A DNA stretch of 64,000 nucleotides. Origin: Chiloscyllium plagiosum (Eukaryota). Shown here piece after piece: positions 11,567-25,290 of the stretch. The position numbers were made by a program, and so were the translations under genes. How positions within the stretch are numbered: the first letter of the stretch is position 1; every line of letters begins with the position of its first letter. The stretch covers positions 19,628,687 to 19,692,686 of the forward strand of contig NC_057730.1 of assembly GCF_004010195.1 (NCBI RefSeq), written 5' to 3'. The notes under the pieces were generated by a model. It was not told where the DNA came from and searched no databases. It saw only the letters and a program-made list of their open reading frames with translations.

Positions 11567-12422
11567 GGAAAAGTGAGGGCTGCAAGTGCTGGAGATCAGA
11601 GCGGAAAATGTGTTGCTGGAAAGACGCAGCAGGTCAGGCAGCATCCAAGGAGCAGGAGAATTGACGTTTTGGGCATGAGCCCTTCTTCAGGAATGAGGAA
11701 AGTGTGTCCAGCAGGCTAAGATAAAAGGTAGGGAGGAGGGACTCCCACTTCCTCCAAACCAAAGGAATAGGCCCCAGCTATGCCTGCCTTTTCGTAGGAT
11801 ATGTGGAACAGTCCATCTTCCGCAGCTACACTGGCACCACCCCCACCTTTTCCTCCGCTACATCGATGACTGTATCGGCGCTGCCTCGTGCTCGCACGAG
11901 GAGGTTGAACAGTTCATCCACTTTACCAACACCTTCCACCCCGACCTCAAATTCACCTGGACCGTCTCAGACTCCTCCCTCCCCTTCCTAGATCTTTCCA
12001 TTTCTATCTCGGGCGACCGAATCAACATGGACATTTACTACAAACCGACCGACTCCCACAGCTACCTAGACTACACCTCCTCTCGCCCTGCCCCCTGTAA
12101 AAACGCCATCCCATATTCCCAATTCCTTCGTCTCCGCTGCATCTGCTCCCAGGAGGACCGGTTCCAATACCGTACAACCAGATGGCCTCCTTCTTCAAAG
12201 ACCGCAATTTCCCCCCCGACGTGATCGATGATGCCCTCCACCGCATCTCCTCCACTTCCCGCTCCTCCGCCCTTGAGCCCCGCCCCTCCAACGCCACCAG
12301 GACAGAACACCACTGGTCCTCACCTACCACCCCACCAACCTCCATATACAGCGTATCATCTGCCGTCATTTCCACCACCTCCAAACGGACCCCACCACCA
12401 GGGATATATTTCCCTCCCCTCC
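11567..12422 (+). mobile_element. Penelope-like element: inverted terminal repeat (11567-11743) plus RT region running into the gap
   Basis: Translates to GPSYACLFVGYVEQ..FLRYIDD..FHPDLKFT..LPFLDL..DIYYKPTDSHSYLDYTS..KNAIPYSQFLRLR.ICS (PLE RT and thumb); CpG-rich. Confidence 0.9.
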
Positions 12423-13246
12423 NNNNNNNNNNNNNNNNNNNNNNNNNNNNNNNNNNNNNNNNNNNNNNNNNNNNNNNNNNNNNNNNNNNNNNNNNNNNNN
12501 NNNNNNNNNNNNNNNNNNNNNNNNNNNNNNNNNNNNNNNNNNNNNNNNNNNNNNNNNNNNNNNNNNNNNNNNNNNNNNNNNNNNNNNNNNNNNNNNNNNN
12601 NNNNNNNNNNNNNNNNNNNNNNNNNNNNNNNNNNNNNNNNNNNNNNNNNNNNNNNNNNNNNNNNNNNNNNNNNNNNNNNNNNNNNNNNNNNNNNNNNNNN
12701 NNNNNNNNNNNNNNNNNNNNNNNNNNNNNNNNNNNNNNNNNNNNNNNNNNNNNNNNNNNNNNNNNNNNNNNNNNNNNNNNNNNNNNNNNNNNNNNNNNNN
12801 NNNNNNNNNNNNNNNNNNNNNNNNNNNNNNNNNNNNNNNNNNNNNNNNNNNNNNNNNNNNNNNNNNNNNNNNNNNNNNNNNNNNNNNNNNNNNNNNNNNN
12901 NNNNNNNNNNNNNNNNNNNNNNNNNNNNNNNNNNNNNNNNNNNNNNNNNNNNNNNNNNNNNNNNNNNNNNNNNNNNNNNNNNNNNNNNNNNNNNNNNNNN
13001 NNNNNNNNNNNNNNNNNNNNNNNNNNNNNNNNNNNNNNNNNNNNNNNNNNNNNNNNNNNNNNNNNNNNNNNNNNNNNNNNNNNNNNNNNNNNNNNNNNNN
13101 NNNNNNNNNNNNNNNNNNNNNNNNNNNNNNNNNNNNNNNNNNNNNNNNNNNNNNNNNNNNNNNNNNNNNNNNNNNNNNNNNNNNNNNNNNNNNNNNNNNN
13201 NNNNNNNNNNNNNNNNNNNNNNNNNNNNNNNNNNNNNNNNNNNNNN
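12423..13246. other. assembly gap (N run)
   Basis: Continuous Ns. Confidence 1.
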
Positions 13247-13635
13247 GTCGGAGGCTGAGGGGTGACCTTATAGAGATTTATAAAATCATGAGGGGCATGG
13301 ATAGGATAAATAGACAAAGTCTTTTCCCTGGGGTGGGGGAGTCCAGAACTCGAGGGCATAGGTTTAGGGTGAGAGGGGAAAGGAATAAAAGGGGCAACTT
13401 TTTCACACAGAGGGTGGTACGTATATGGAATGAGCTGCCAGAGGAAGTGGTGGAGGCTAGTACAATTGCAACATTTAAGAGGCATTTGGATGGGTATATG
13501 AATAGAAAGGGTTTGGAGGGATATGGGCCAGGTGCTGGCAGATGGGACTAGATTGGGTTGGGATACCTGGTCAGCATGGACAAGTTGGACCGAAGGGTCT
13601 GTTTCCATGCTGTACATCTCTATGACTCTATGACT
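13247..13635 (+). mobile_element. CR1/HER1 LINE 3' end
   Basis: RRLRGDLIE.YKIMRG, TRGHRFRVRG and FFTQRVVRIWNELP motifs; (ctatgact)n tail. Confidence 0.9.
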
Positions 13636-14519
13636 ATTATTAGTCTAGTGATATTACCCCTACGCAACCATCTTCCATTTTTAAAAAAATCTTCAAGCTA
13701 GCCTTCAGTTGCCTTTCCTTAATCTTTTATAAAACACCTGGGGGCATTCTGTATGGTAAAGGCATTACATAAGTTAACTGTTGCTTAGTTAGGCAACAGG
13801 AGCTGTTTTAATGGCTTCAATTCAGACCATTTGAATTCAATAAATTTGAACTGAATAGATTGAAAATCTTGATGAAAACCATTGAATTGAAGCTTACCTC
13901 TTAAAAATTATATGTGACCTAAATTGCCAGACTGTTCAGTAAATTTGAAGTATGCAAAAGTTTTAAGGTTTAATTGGCAATTCAGTAATGTTTTGGTTTT
14001 TATTGCACACTTTAGTTTTAATGGTCACTAAACCTCCTTGAAGGAAAGGAATCTACAACTCAGCCTCTGGTAAATGTGGCCAATCATTTGGGTCAAAGAC
14101 CAGAAACCAAAAAAACCCAGAGGATTGTAAATCTTAGCAATTACCTGCCTTGAGTTGTTATGCTCCATCATGGGTTTCTTCAAGACTGAGGCAGACGGCG
14201 TGGGCAGTTTGGACCAAAGGGTCTGTTTCCATGCTGTACATCTATGATTCTGTGTAGTCTCTCAGAATCAAAGGATATGCATAATAGAAGAGAACATGGC
14301 AGCCATGATTATATTGAATGGTGTCTCAAATGGTCAATTCTTGTTTGTTTCTTACTTAAAGCATAGAATCTTACAGCATAGAAAGAAGCTGTTCACTTAA
14401 TTTTGATAGGTTTCTGTTACAGTTCTATAAGCTTTCATTGACAGTTTGATTTTTGATTCGATACAACACTCTACCAGGGGTTGTCGAACTTGTTTAATGG
14501 TTCTTTTAAAATAGTGAAA

Positions 14520-17165
14520 GGAAGCCAAAACGCGCACTGCTGGAGAAACTGTCAACATTTGAGGAGAGAAAGCAGAGTCAATATTTCAGGTCCAGTGACC
14601 CTCCTTCAGAACTGATAATAGCTAGGAAAAGGTGGTATATATGCATAAGACAGGGGGTGTGGGGCGAGACCTTTGGGGAGATGAAACACAGATTGGCTGA
14701 CTGCTTTGCAGAACACCCATGTTCAGTCTGCAAAATGACCACAAGCTGCACTTCAATGCACATCTGTGTTCCCTGGCCAAAATTACTATATCGAAGCTCA
14801 GTGAATTGGATTGAATTGAATTTATTGTCACGTGTATTGAAGCACAGTGAAAAGCTTTGTCTTACAAGCGATACAGGCAGATCACGTAGTTAAGTAGTAT
14901 AGATAGTAAATAATAGGTAAACAGCGGCAAAAACAAAAAAACAGGTACAGGCGAATGTTAAGAGTTTGAGTCCATTCAGTATTCTAACAACAATAGGGTA
15001 TAAACTTTTACAAAACTGGCAGGTGCATGTATTCAGGCTTCTGTACTTTCTCCCCGATGGTAGAGGCTGTAGAAAAACATTGCCAAGGTCGGATGGATCT
15101 TTGAGAATCCTGGCGACCTTTCCTTGACAGCGGGCCTGGTAGATGGATTCAATAGATGGGAGTTTGGCCTTTGTGGTTGTCCGGGCTGAGTTCACTACTC
15201 TCTGTAACCATCGCCGATCTTGAATGGTACAGTTGCCATGCCAGGTAGTGATACATCCAGACAGAATGCTCTCAATGGCGCACCTATAAACGTTGGCAAG
15301 GGTATTCGCTGTCATGCCAAATTTCCTCAGTTGCCTGAGGAAGAGATGACGTTGGGCCTTTGTAACCAGTGGTTCCACATGAAGAGTCCAAGAAAGTTTG
15401 TTGTGGATGACCACTCCCAAGACCTTGACACTCTTCACTCGTTGCACCTCTGCTGTTAATGTGTACGGTGGCATGAGTAACATCCCGCCGACAGTCAATA
15501 ATGAGTTCCTTGGTTTTGCTGGCATTGAGAGCTAGGTTGTTCTCAGTGCACCATTTTTCCAGGTTTTCCTCCTCCCGTATATAGTCTGTTTCGTCGCCAT
15601 CTGAGATTCAACTAACTATGGTGGTGTCATCAGCGAACTTGCAAATGGCATTAGTCCGGTATTTGGCGATGCAGTCATGGTTATACAGTGAGTACAGTAA
15701 GGTCTGAGTACGCACCCCTGCGGGGGAGGGGGTGGGGCCAGTGTTGAGTGTTAGTGAGGATGAAATATTGTTCCCAGTCTTCACTGATTGTGGCCTGTGA
15801 GTCAGGAAACTGAGGATCCAGTTAGAGTGAAGCTTGGTCCGAGATCACTAAGTTTAATAATCAGTCTCAAGGGGATAATAGTGAACTGTAATCCATAAGT
15901 AAGATTCTTACATAGCTGTCAAGATGTTCTCAGGATGAGTGAAGGGCAAGTGATATAGCATCTGACATGGATCTGTTGGTCCAATAGGCAAATTGGAGTA
16001 GGTCAAGAGTAGTGGGGAGGTTGGAGTTGATTGATGCCATGCCCACCAAAGCACTTTATGACCACTGAGTTTAGGGCCACTGGGTGGTAGTCATTGAGAC
16101 ATGATGCATGAGCTGCCTTAGGCACAGGGATGATGCCGGCCCTCTTGAAACAGGCAGGGATGTTGGCCTGCTGGAGGGAGAGGTTGAAGATGTCTGAGAA
16201 GACCTCTGCCAAATGATCTGTGCATGCTCTGAGTGCACAGCCTGGTACTCTGTCTGGTCCCATCACTTTCCTTGGATACACACAAAGGAAAATTGATCTG
16301 ACCTCTGATGCAGAGACTGTTGGGATAGGTTCGTCAGGACTTGTCAGAATAGGTGTTACCTCTCTGCCGAAATTCTGCTCAAAGCAAGCATAGAAGGCGC
16401 TGAGACCAGCTGGGAGGATATGTCCTCGTCTGCTATCTTGCACTGTCTCTTTTTAGAATCTGTGATGTGATTCAATCCTTGCCATAGTCGCGGGGTGTCT
16501 GTCTGGGTCTATAGTTTGGATTGGCATTGGTCCTTGGCTGTCCTAATGGCTCTGCGAAGGTCATACTTGGATTCCTTATATTTGAGTGGATCTCCTGATT
16601 TGATCTGAAGGCCTCACATCTGGTTTTTAGCAGATTCTGTATGTCTTGATTCATTCAGAGCTTCCTGTTGGGGAACACCCGGATTGACTTCCTTGGTATG
16701 CAGTCCTCCACAGTGCACTTTTTGCTTGGGAATCCTGCAGCCTTCAGGGATCAATAATTTTTGGTCTTGAACAAAAACTGGTGTGGAGGTGTGTCCTGTA
16801 CCCCCACCACACACACACACACCCCTCCCAAACATGGGCTGTTTTCAGCCCAGTCATCCCATTTTCACCAACATATGGCTTTATTTATCAGGTTTTCTTT
16901 CTATTTGGCTTACTATTATCCATCCATTTGTCTGTCTAACTGGCTTTCTCTCCCTCTGGGCTGTATCCACCTATCAAATACTGTTGTCTCCCTTTAAACC
17001 CCCCACCCCCACCCCCAAAAAAAGAAATCAGTTACACTCGGTTCTGAAGGAAATCATTTGGACTCGAAACACTGACTCTGATTTCTCTCCACTGATGCTG
17101 CCAGATCTGAGTTTCTCCAACAATTTGTTTATTTCAGATTTCCAACATTGACAGTTCTTTGTTTT
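14520..17165 (+). mobile_element. Penelope-derived element with inverted termini, split by a Rex1/Babar insertion
   Basis: Inverted arms 14520-14640 and 17040-17165; GIY-YIG remnants (GEMKHRLADCFAEH at ~14680 and LGILQPSGIN at ~16725) flank the LINE. Confidence 0.65.
14803..16715 (-). mobile_element. Rex1/Babar non-LTR retrotransposon, 5'-truncated
   Basis: GPDRVPGCALRAC, NDYHPVALNSVVIKCF, KFADDTT and KAQRHLFLRQLRKFG..YRCAIESILSGCITTWHGNC motifs; (attga)n tail at ~14803-14820. Confidence 0.88.
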
Positions 17166-17970
17166 ACTTTAGCAAAAGAAAGCCATGTTGCCTATTGTGC
17201 TTTTGAAATGACCTACTGCCCTCAAAGGTTGCACTGCGAGAAATCTACAGTACTTCCTCCATTGGCAGGAGCTTTAAATTACACTCTAATCCTATTTTGT
17301 TGATTACTACATTGGTGACATGGCAACAGAGCTTCACTTAAATAATTTTTCTGTAGGTACCTTCTGTCACTCTATACACTGTTGCAAACTGGTGGCTGGT
17401 TCTAAGCCAGTGAACTGGTTTGGCTAATTTGTACTCCCCATAAGATTAGAATTTAAAGCTGTTTATTTAGCTTTTTTTCAAATGGAGAATTTATTAAAAC
17501 TTAGCTGTTGCTGAGAGCTATGGTTGAAAGACACTGAAATTTTGTGCTCCAATAACCTATTGAAATTATTTTACAATATTGTTGATAATCTTTATACAAT
17601 TGCAAAAATGAAAAGATATAAAATTAGGTATTCCAATTAAACTTTCAAAATTTAGAAAATAATTTGAAATGATATAGCAGTACTCAGTTTAGCATTGCTG
17701 GCATATCGACTGCACAGATTGAAGAATAGGCCACCTGCACACTAACCTTGTTCCCCTCCCAGTAAGGTGTTCTCAGTTGAAAAGCTTGTGTATGCTCCAT
17801 CTACAAACACGAGGACAATTCCAAGGGACTGCGCCATTTTAACCCCGATTCTGTTTTTATATGGCATTACTTTTATTATGCAAGTTCTAATAGTGAGTTA
17901 ATTAAACATTTGAAAGCTGACTACATGCTTTAATAACTGAAGTAAATTTTACTGTGATTTCTATTGCTAG

Positions 17971-18074
17971 TACACGAAAAGCACTATTCACATGGCTACA
18001 AAGAATTTGGTTCAGCGGACAATAGGAACAATCTGACTAGTGTTAGTTCCTTTAAGGAGACTACACGATGGAAG
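17971..18074 (+). CDS. USP42: probable USP42 penultimate coding exon
   Basis: ctattgctag| acceptor and AAG|gtgagc donor; open in frame from a phase-1 donor (LHEKHYSHGYKEFGSADNRNNLTSVSSFKETTRWK). Confidence 0.62.
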
Positions 18075-19449
18075 GTGAGCACATATTTATTTACTACTTT
18101 TTGTTTCCCACTGGATTTCTTGTGATGGTCTGAAATTGATTGTGTTTTTTTGAGTGTATTGTTCAGTTTAGCAACAAACAAAACTAATATGTTGTAAATC
18201 CCTATCTGCTAAGTGGCAATTAGCGAGAACATTAAACATAATGTTACCTCCACGAATTGGGAACTGGAAGAGGTGATTCAATCCCTCTTAACTGCTCCAC
18301 AATTCAACTGGATCATTAATAATCTATACCCTAACTCCACACAGAATCCATAGAATTCCTACAGTGCAGAAACAGGCCATTCAGCTCAACAAGTCCACAC
18401 CAATATATTTGCTATAGCTTTAAGAAAATTCATAGCATTGGGAAAAAAACAGTTTCTAGTTTTCCCCAAACAGCGTAGCTTTAATTTTAAAATATGTCAG
18501 CTCATTCTCAATTTTGCCACCAGAAGTAATTATTTGTCTCTATCTGCTCCACTGGATCCCTCAATCCTTCAATCTTCTGTGCTTAAGACTGAGATGTGGG
18601 AACAGATCCCCAATGGAATCATTGACAGCATAGGAAGAACACCAGGCAGTGCTGTTGATTTTTTTTTTCTTAAATTGCTCTTAACTCAGTATCCTGAAAA
18701 TATTTTCTTTCACTTCTGAGATTGTGTTCGATGTGCTCAAAGGTGATGAGAAATACACTGGGTCCCCAGTTAACAAATGTCTGACTTTGAAAGGTTTATA
18801 CTTATGAATGTAATCCTATACAGGGGTGTAACTTTAAATATCTGACATATGAACATTTCCTGTACTTACAAACATCTGCTTTTTGCTGTCCTGCATTGTG
18901 TTCCAACTTGCAAACGGACTCGTGAACAGAATACATTCACAACTTGAGGACTGCCTTTAAGTGCAAATGTCCCAATTTCCAACTTTGACGCTTTTTTGTT
19001 TTTTTAAATTCCCTGAGAAGCAATCATTTGGTTAATGACCCTTCAGAATTAGTTTTTTTAAAAAAAGCTTACTTGTGTAACATTATTTGAAGTTTCTCAT
19101 GAATTGATGTACTTGCACACATTGCATTAATTCCGGGCCATGACTGGGATAAACCATAAGCAAATGAAATGGGTCGTTACTTTTTTTAAACAGACTGGTG
19201 AAAAGAGATCTGAAGAGCAGAAAGCCCACTAAAACTGCATGTGAGAAATTTGAATTCAGGTTAGTGATTTAAAAACTGTATATTCATGAATCTTTGATAG
19301 TTTATCTAATTGCATGAATTCTTATACTAGAATACGTGAGATCTTGAGAGCTAGAAAACTTTGTACTGTAAAATTTGGATTTTGTAGTCAAAGCTGGAGC
19401 TAGAAACAGTGAACTGGTAAAAGTTTGGTTTTAAGTGTTTTGATAATTG

Positions 19450-20200
19450 GGGAAACTTAATCAGCAAACCAAACCAAACTTTAAAATAGAAGAGAAGTAA
19501 ATCCGTGCTATTTAAGGCCATAAAATGGCCAGAATGGGGGAAAAAAACAGTTTTATTAAAAGATTAAATAACAGCTGTTGTTGTTTAATAAGAGATTGGA
19601 ACAAATTTTTAGAATTGTTTAAACAAATGCCGAGAAGAAAGACTTAGTCAGACGGAATCTAAGAATTAACTGGAGAAAATTGGTTAGTAACAAAGGGCCT
19701 ATGTGACCTTAAGTTTATATTAATAGTAGATTGAAGATGAAAGAGAAGGTTTGTGTGAAATATAATACACGAAAGTCAGGATGATATAGCAAGTGGAATC
19801 TTCGTTCCTCCCAACAGAGGACAGATTGTAGACAGATTCCAGTAATTGCTCATGAGCCTAGGTGTTCAGAAACAGAAAAAGTGTTCTACGTAAAAGCTGA
19901 AGATTCCTGGACCAGATGAGATGTAGCCTAGGATCTTCAAGGAACCAAACGATTAAACTTTGAATAATTTTCATAGCTCTACAAGTATTGGAACCATGGA
20001 TGAAGACTGCTCAGTGTAATCCAAATATTCTGTAAAGTTGGAAGGTACAAATTTGACACTGCCTAATTATTCAAATATCCAAATGATTAAATTACTTGAG
20101 ACTGGTGCAGAAAATACTTTAGAATTTTGGATACAATATGTAAGGTATCATAGAAGTAGTCAGGCAAGCTTTGTAAGTCTGAAGTGAAATTTTAACTTGT
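19450..20200 (+). mobile_element. highly decayed CR1-like ORF2 remnant
   Basis: cctggaccagatgagatgtagcctaggatc resembles the PGPD..YPRIL motif; boundaries uncertain. Confidence 0.35.
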
Positions 20201-21551
20201 TAGTGTTTAGAAGAGTTAACTGAATCATCAGATGGGCTTAAGCTGAGGGATGTGTTTGATTGGGTTTTTGAGGTTGAATCTTCAAGTTTTTTTTCCTTGC
20301 TTCCATTGTGTCCCATTCCCTTGGCTTCTGAAATGCTATTGTAAATATTTATCCAATGGTGGGGAAAAAACCCTAATAGCTTTACAAAAAATGATGTCCT
20401 AACAATGTTTTGTGTAAAACCTCCGCTCATCTCTCCTCTTGCCTCATGATGACCTTAAATCTATGCCATGTGGTTTCTGACTACTATTCAAAATGATTAT
20501 AATGTCATCCAAAGAATTATAATTTTGAACAGCGCTTCACCATCTCTAGTCTAATGGAAAAGAACTTAAGCTTTTCCAGGCTCTCTTCATACATGATGCC
20601 ACAGTCTGTTTGCTGTGCGTCATCTTTACAGATACAAATCAAATACTTCAAAAACAAATTGACAAGCAGCAAAACAAAATTAACTGGTCAGTATTCCTGC
20701 TGATGACTCTCTACTCATTAATTTTAAATAAGTTATCACACTGTTAAATGTTTGGTATGGGGTGTTGCTCTGAATTATTTTTTCCTGTAATTTGTTGCTC
20801 TTGTTACTTAACGATCTGTTAAATTTTTAATCAATTTCTCTTGGATTTACTATGTTAGACCATCCCCATAGTCCCTAAATCTTCAACTGCGTTAGCTAAT
20901 CCATGATTGCAACATCTGAAATTGTATTCTTTACACATCCCTGCCCTGGAACATTTTACCTTCTCTCAATGATCTCAAGCACTAAATAATTCATTTGTAT
21001 TTGTGTTCCCTGCAAACTTATTGTCACTTTTGTGACCATTTGTTGATTCAAGTGTTTCCCTTTTTTCTGGTTTTTAACCTCCATTTAGCAGACTTTCTGC
21101 ACTTTGTTTCTATTTATTAATAAATTTGGTGAATGCCTTTAGTTCCTTGCAATTTAAAAAAATGTTTTAAATAAGTAAAGGTGTTGTTTATTGCAGAGTT
21201 CCTAGCTAGTTGACACATCTGTACTTTGATAGGCACATTAGAAGCTCCCTCCCTAGTTTTGCTGTTTTTGTTTTTTGCACTATTGGCATGTTGCAGTCAG
21301 CAAGTCCTGTAATTGTATTGTGTCATTAGATCCAGATCTTGTTAGCTGAGTTTACATTATTGGCTGAGTCAACAATCAATCATAACTCATGAACAGTATT
21401 CTGAAAATATTCATGTGCTATAACTGACCAGAAATTTCAGCAAGATTCTTCACTCTGCTCACAAAGAGCCCTGGTGTGTGGATAGTAGGGAAACCTTAGT
21501 TTAATTTTAGTTGATGCCAAGTCTAATTATGTCAATTTCTCTGTTTTTCAG

Positions 21552-21563
21552 ATATATGACTAG
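21552..21563 (+). CDS. USP42: USP42 terminal coding segment (IYD-stop)
   Basis: Strong acceptor tttctctgtttttcag|ATA TAT GAC TAG in phase 0, followed by AT-rich UTR-like sequence free of obvious repeats. Confidence 0.65.
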   Translation: MYD

Positions 21564-22860
21564 GTTAAACAATTTCTGCAAGAGATGAAATCTTCAAAGA
21601 ACTTTCACTTCGCTATCCAGAACATGGTGCTTTATTCTTTAAAATACTGTACAGAATTTTACCAACCGGGTGGGAAAACTGTCGTTTTCTTCTTGGGGAA
21701 TTTTTTTTTTTACACATTTAGTGAAAAATCCGAAATGGATTGTTAGTTTCTGTTCCTTGATGAACACTGTACAAATACTGTATAAATATCTGTAATTTAT
21801 AAATGGTCACCCTGGAATTTTTTTTAAAAGACTCGAATGCTGCTCAGCCACAGACTCAGGTTTGATTACTACTCGTGTTGTGTGTCATTTTTAGTGGTTA
21901 AATATCGAGTGCAAACTGGTGCAAAAAAAAGGACCAGGAAATGGCTATTTGAAAACCAGAATAGTGCAACAGACTGTGAAATCATTGGTTTGTTTGAATA
22001 AACCAAGCACTAAATTTTGATGAATCCAAAGTTTTTCAAGAACAAAGCAGTCATAAGAGAACAGTTTAAGTTTGATCGAAATCCTTAGTGACTTCTCTAT
22101 ACTGAGTTACTGTCTGAACTAGAAATTTTTTAATGACTTTCAAAAGTACATAACCTAGAGTATTGAACTCGGAGCATTTGATCCAGTTCTCAAGTTTTAA
22201 TTTTAAAATGTGATTTAGTTGTATTTTCATATTTTAAGTTATAATTTATGCAATAATAGAGCTTTAGAATTTAAACTCTTGTAGTATTACACCTCTAAAT
22301 TGGTGCACACTTCATATGACTCTACTTCTTTTAATGTTCCCTAGGGTAAAACTATTGATATGTACATATTGCTTCTTGAAAGTATTGTTTAATCTTGACC
22401 TTTTAAAGAAATTAATCCACTGCCTGAAGGATTCCAAAGGACATTGGACTGCATTTATGCTGGGCTTTATTTCTAATGCAGCATTTGCCTTTTCTTGCAC
22501 ATTAAGTGCTTCCTACCCTTTTATTACAGGTTAAAAAGTCACTTTAAGTATTTCTAGTTACAGACAAGAATGACCCTGTAAATTAATATTAAAACTGAGA
22601 CACACTCAACTGTGATACCAGCTATTTCAACTTTGGTCCTGTATCAGGAAAACAAGTGAAAACAAAAATGTAATCCGTGTGATTCTTATAAAAGTGTGTG
22701 TGGTTCAGAGCTGTACTGAAATATGTTTAAGTTTAATTGGGTTGGTCAAGAGACTTTTTGGATGGACAATCCACCATCTGCCCATATTGTACTGTAGCAT
22801 GTGAAATTTGTAGAATGTACAAATATGAAGTAAAGCTGAAAAGAAATGTGTATACAACAC
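21564..22860 (+). other. USP42: USP42 3'UTR; possible extension to ~25390
   Basis: AATAAA 21997-22002, AGTAAA 22829-22834, TGTA-rich motifs, TGTACATA at 22361; distal AATAAA 25370-25375. Confidence 0.5.
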
Positions 22861-25145
22861 AAGGTGTTGGTGCATTTGCTTTCACATTGTGCATGAATCA
22901 TGGATGATACAGATGCTTTCCAACATCTCAGGTCAATCCTCTAAAGACACTAGCTCATTCTGGGTTACATTTCCATAAATGCTGGCAGCCCTGTCTAAGT
23001 TCCATTCTTTATCGAAACCTTAATCTCCTGGCCATGCTTTCTAATGACCTTACCTGGTCCAGACTCTAGTTGGGGACATGGTCAGCTGCCCTTTTTTATT
23101 TTACCAACTCCACACGTCAAAGATTATGCATAGACCTGCCTGACTCACCATACACAAATGTGTGGAAGAAGCCTTGCCTGTCTTATTTAAGAGCACAAAA
23201 GATATTTGTTAAAATGTGTTTTCTGAGTTTACTAATAGTCTCTTCACTGATGTAACATTTATAAATTGAAAAATTATTTTCCAGAAATAATTTTATCTTT
23301 CCATGTTGGAGGAATGACCCCCAACCAGACATGCCCCTTTAGATAGTTATTAAAGCAGAAACAATCAACAACCCATCAGATAAAACTTTATTTTTTGTTG
23401 ACATGAAGTACCAGAACGCTAATTAACTGTGTGCAACACTAACAACTTTTGGAGTTCCTTCATGGTTAAAGCATTTCTTTGGTACAACTTGCAATTTTTT
23501 TGTTTTGGAAGAGTCTATCCTAAAGCCAGATTAGGGACTAAAACTCAAAAGCAGGCTTTGATGTAGTTGGCTGGCTTAAGGTGTGTGAGTGTTTGCTACT
23601 TTGGTGTAATTTAATTCTTAGTGGCCCATGGATATAGGATATTCTTGGCAATGTAAATCCTGACTTCAGGTGCCAGTGTCATGCATACTCCCTTGCCACA
23701 AATACTCTTGTTGCATATTTGCACTCAGAACAGGCTTTGCATCTTAGATATCTCAGCAAAAGAGCTTTACACAACTGCTTCTTCTGATGCCAAACTTTCA
23801 TGGTAGGAATGTCCAACAGAAGGATTTCAGCTGAGCAATCAATCAGTCTCCATTCCACATCAGACTTGGAATTGCCTACAATAATTGTAAACGACCCTGC
23901 CAGTGAATGTTAAAAGTTCTGGACAGTTTGAGGTCCACTAGTTCATCCATCTGATGGAGACATGATATTCAGAATTAACATTTAATCATTCATAAAGCTT
24001 CTCAACCTAAGCAGCTGTAAGCAATTGAAATCTTGAGAGTTGCTGTTGGTATCTAGTATAGAGTAATAAGGGGTTTTAAGTTGATATGTAATGCTGTACC
24101 AAGATACTCCACTGCCTAGTATTTGAATTATTCTGAATTAGTTAAGGAGGCCACAGGCATAAACTTGTGTTGCCTTGTTCTTCCAAATTGGTGTATTTAT
24201 CGTTTAACATTGTGTCAATTTGGTCCCAACCACTTCTACCTTCTGAAAGAACAGGAACATTGCCAGAACAAAGATCTGAGTGGAGCAGGGATGGAGAGAA
24301 GGAAAGTGTCATCAATAGAATTTAATCCTTTGCTGTTGCCCATGTCCAACTGTACTACATTTAGAAGCTACACTACATTCAAGAAAGAAAAGGACCACTC
24401 CCAAAGGTAGGGAATATAATACTGATTACCAAGGAACAGGACCAGCATGTAGAATTGCAAAAAAAAATTGAACTGTATCATGTATGATAAAGGTCTAAAA
24501 ATCAGCAGATTTAATAGTCCATAAACTTTGATTTAAAAAATACTAAATTGAAATTTCTAGGCCTCTGATTGCACTAAATTTGTTCATGTCTTCCAAATGT
24601 TTTTCTGAAGCATATTTTGATTAGAAACCAGTGAATTAATGCATTTCAAAATTAAGTTACTGACTCCACTTTAAGGGCACTAAAGGCTGGTTTTGTATAT
24701 AGGTACAGGGCCATAAAATTTGTCTTTTACCAATTACGCTGCACCTTATTTGAGAAGGATGGGTTAAAAATTATTTTCCAATATATATTAAATTCTGAAT
24801 GGCCAGAGTAACCTTTTACTTTGATCCATTTAAAACTGCATCTATTTCAAGAGGTTAACAGAAATTTCTGTATTCCATTGTGTGGAGTGCTTTGAAATGT
24901 TTTACAAGAAAATACCTATGTAGATCCACATGAAGTGCCATGATTTATAAAGACAATTACAGCATTCTTACATTACTCAATGCAGATTACAGTTGGTTGT
25001 TAATGAAGTGAATACAGAAGTAGCAAGAAAACAAAATCAGTGATCCTCCTGATTCTCCATTTTATAAATTTACCTATGGTAATTGTTGAAAGTTTCCCAT
25101 CTATCGCTAGGTTAAAAATCCAAAAACCACTGATTTTTATATACA

Positions 25146-25290
25146 GAATCCCTACAGTGTGAAAACAGGCCACTTGGCCCAACAAGTTCACACCAACTCT
25201 CTGAAGAGTAACCCAATCAAACCCATTCCCCTACCCCATTACTCTGCATTTAACCCTGACTAATGCGCCTAAGCTGCACGTCTCTGGGAC
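25146..25290 (-). mobile_element. HE1 SINE 3' fragment
   Basis: Reverse complement of the HE1 tail (aatccctacagtgtgaaaacaggcc...acccattccc). Confidence 0.75.

Noticed and set aside
12022-13617. Long ORFs of 345-531 aa
   Set aside because: Artefacts of reading through the N gap between a PLE and a CR1 fragment.
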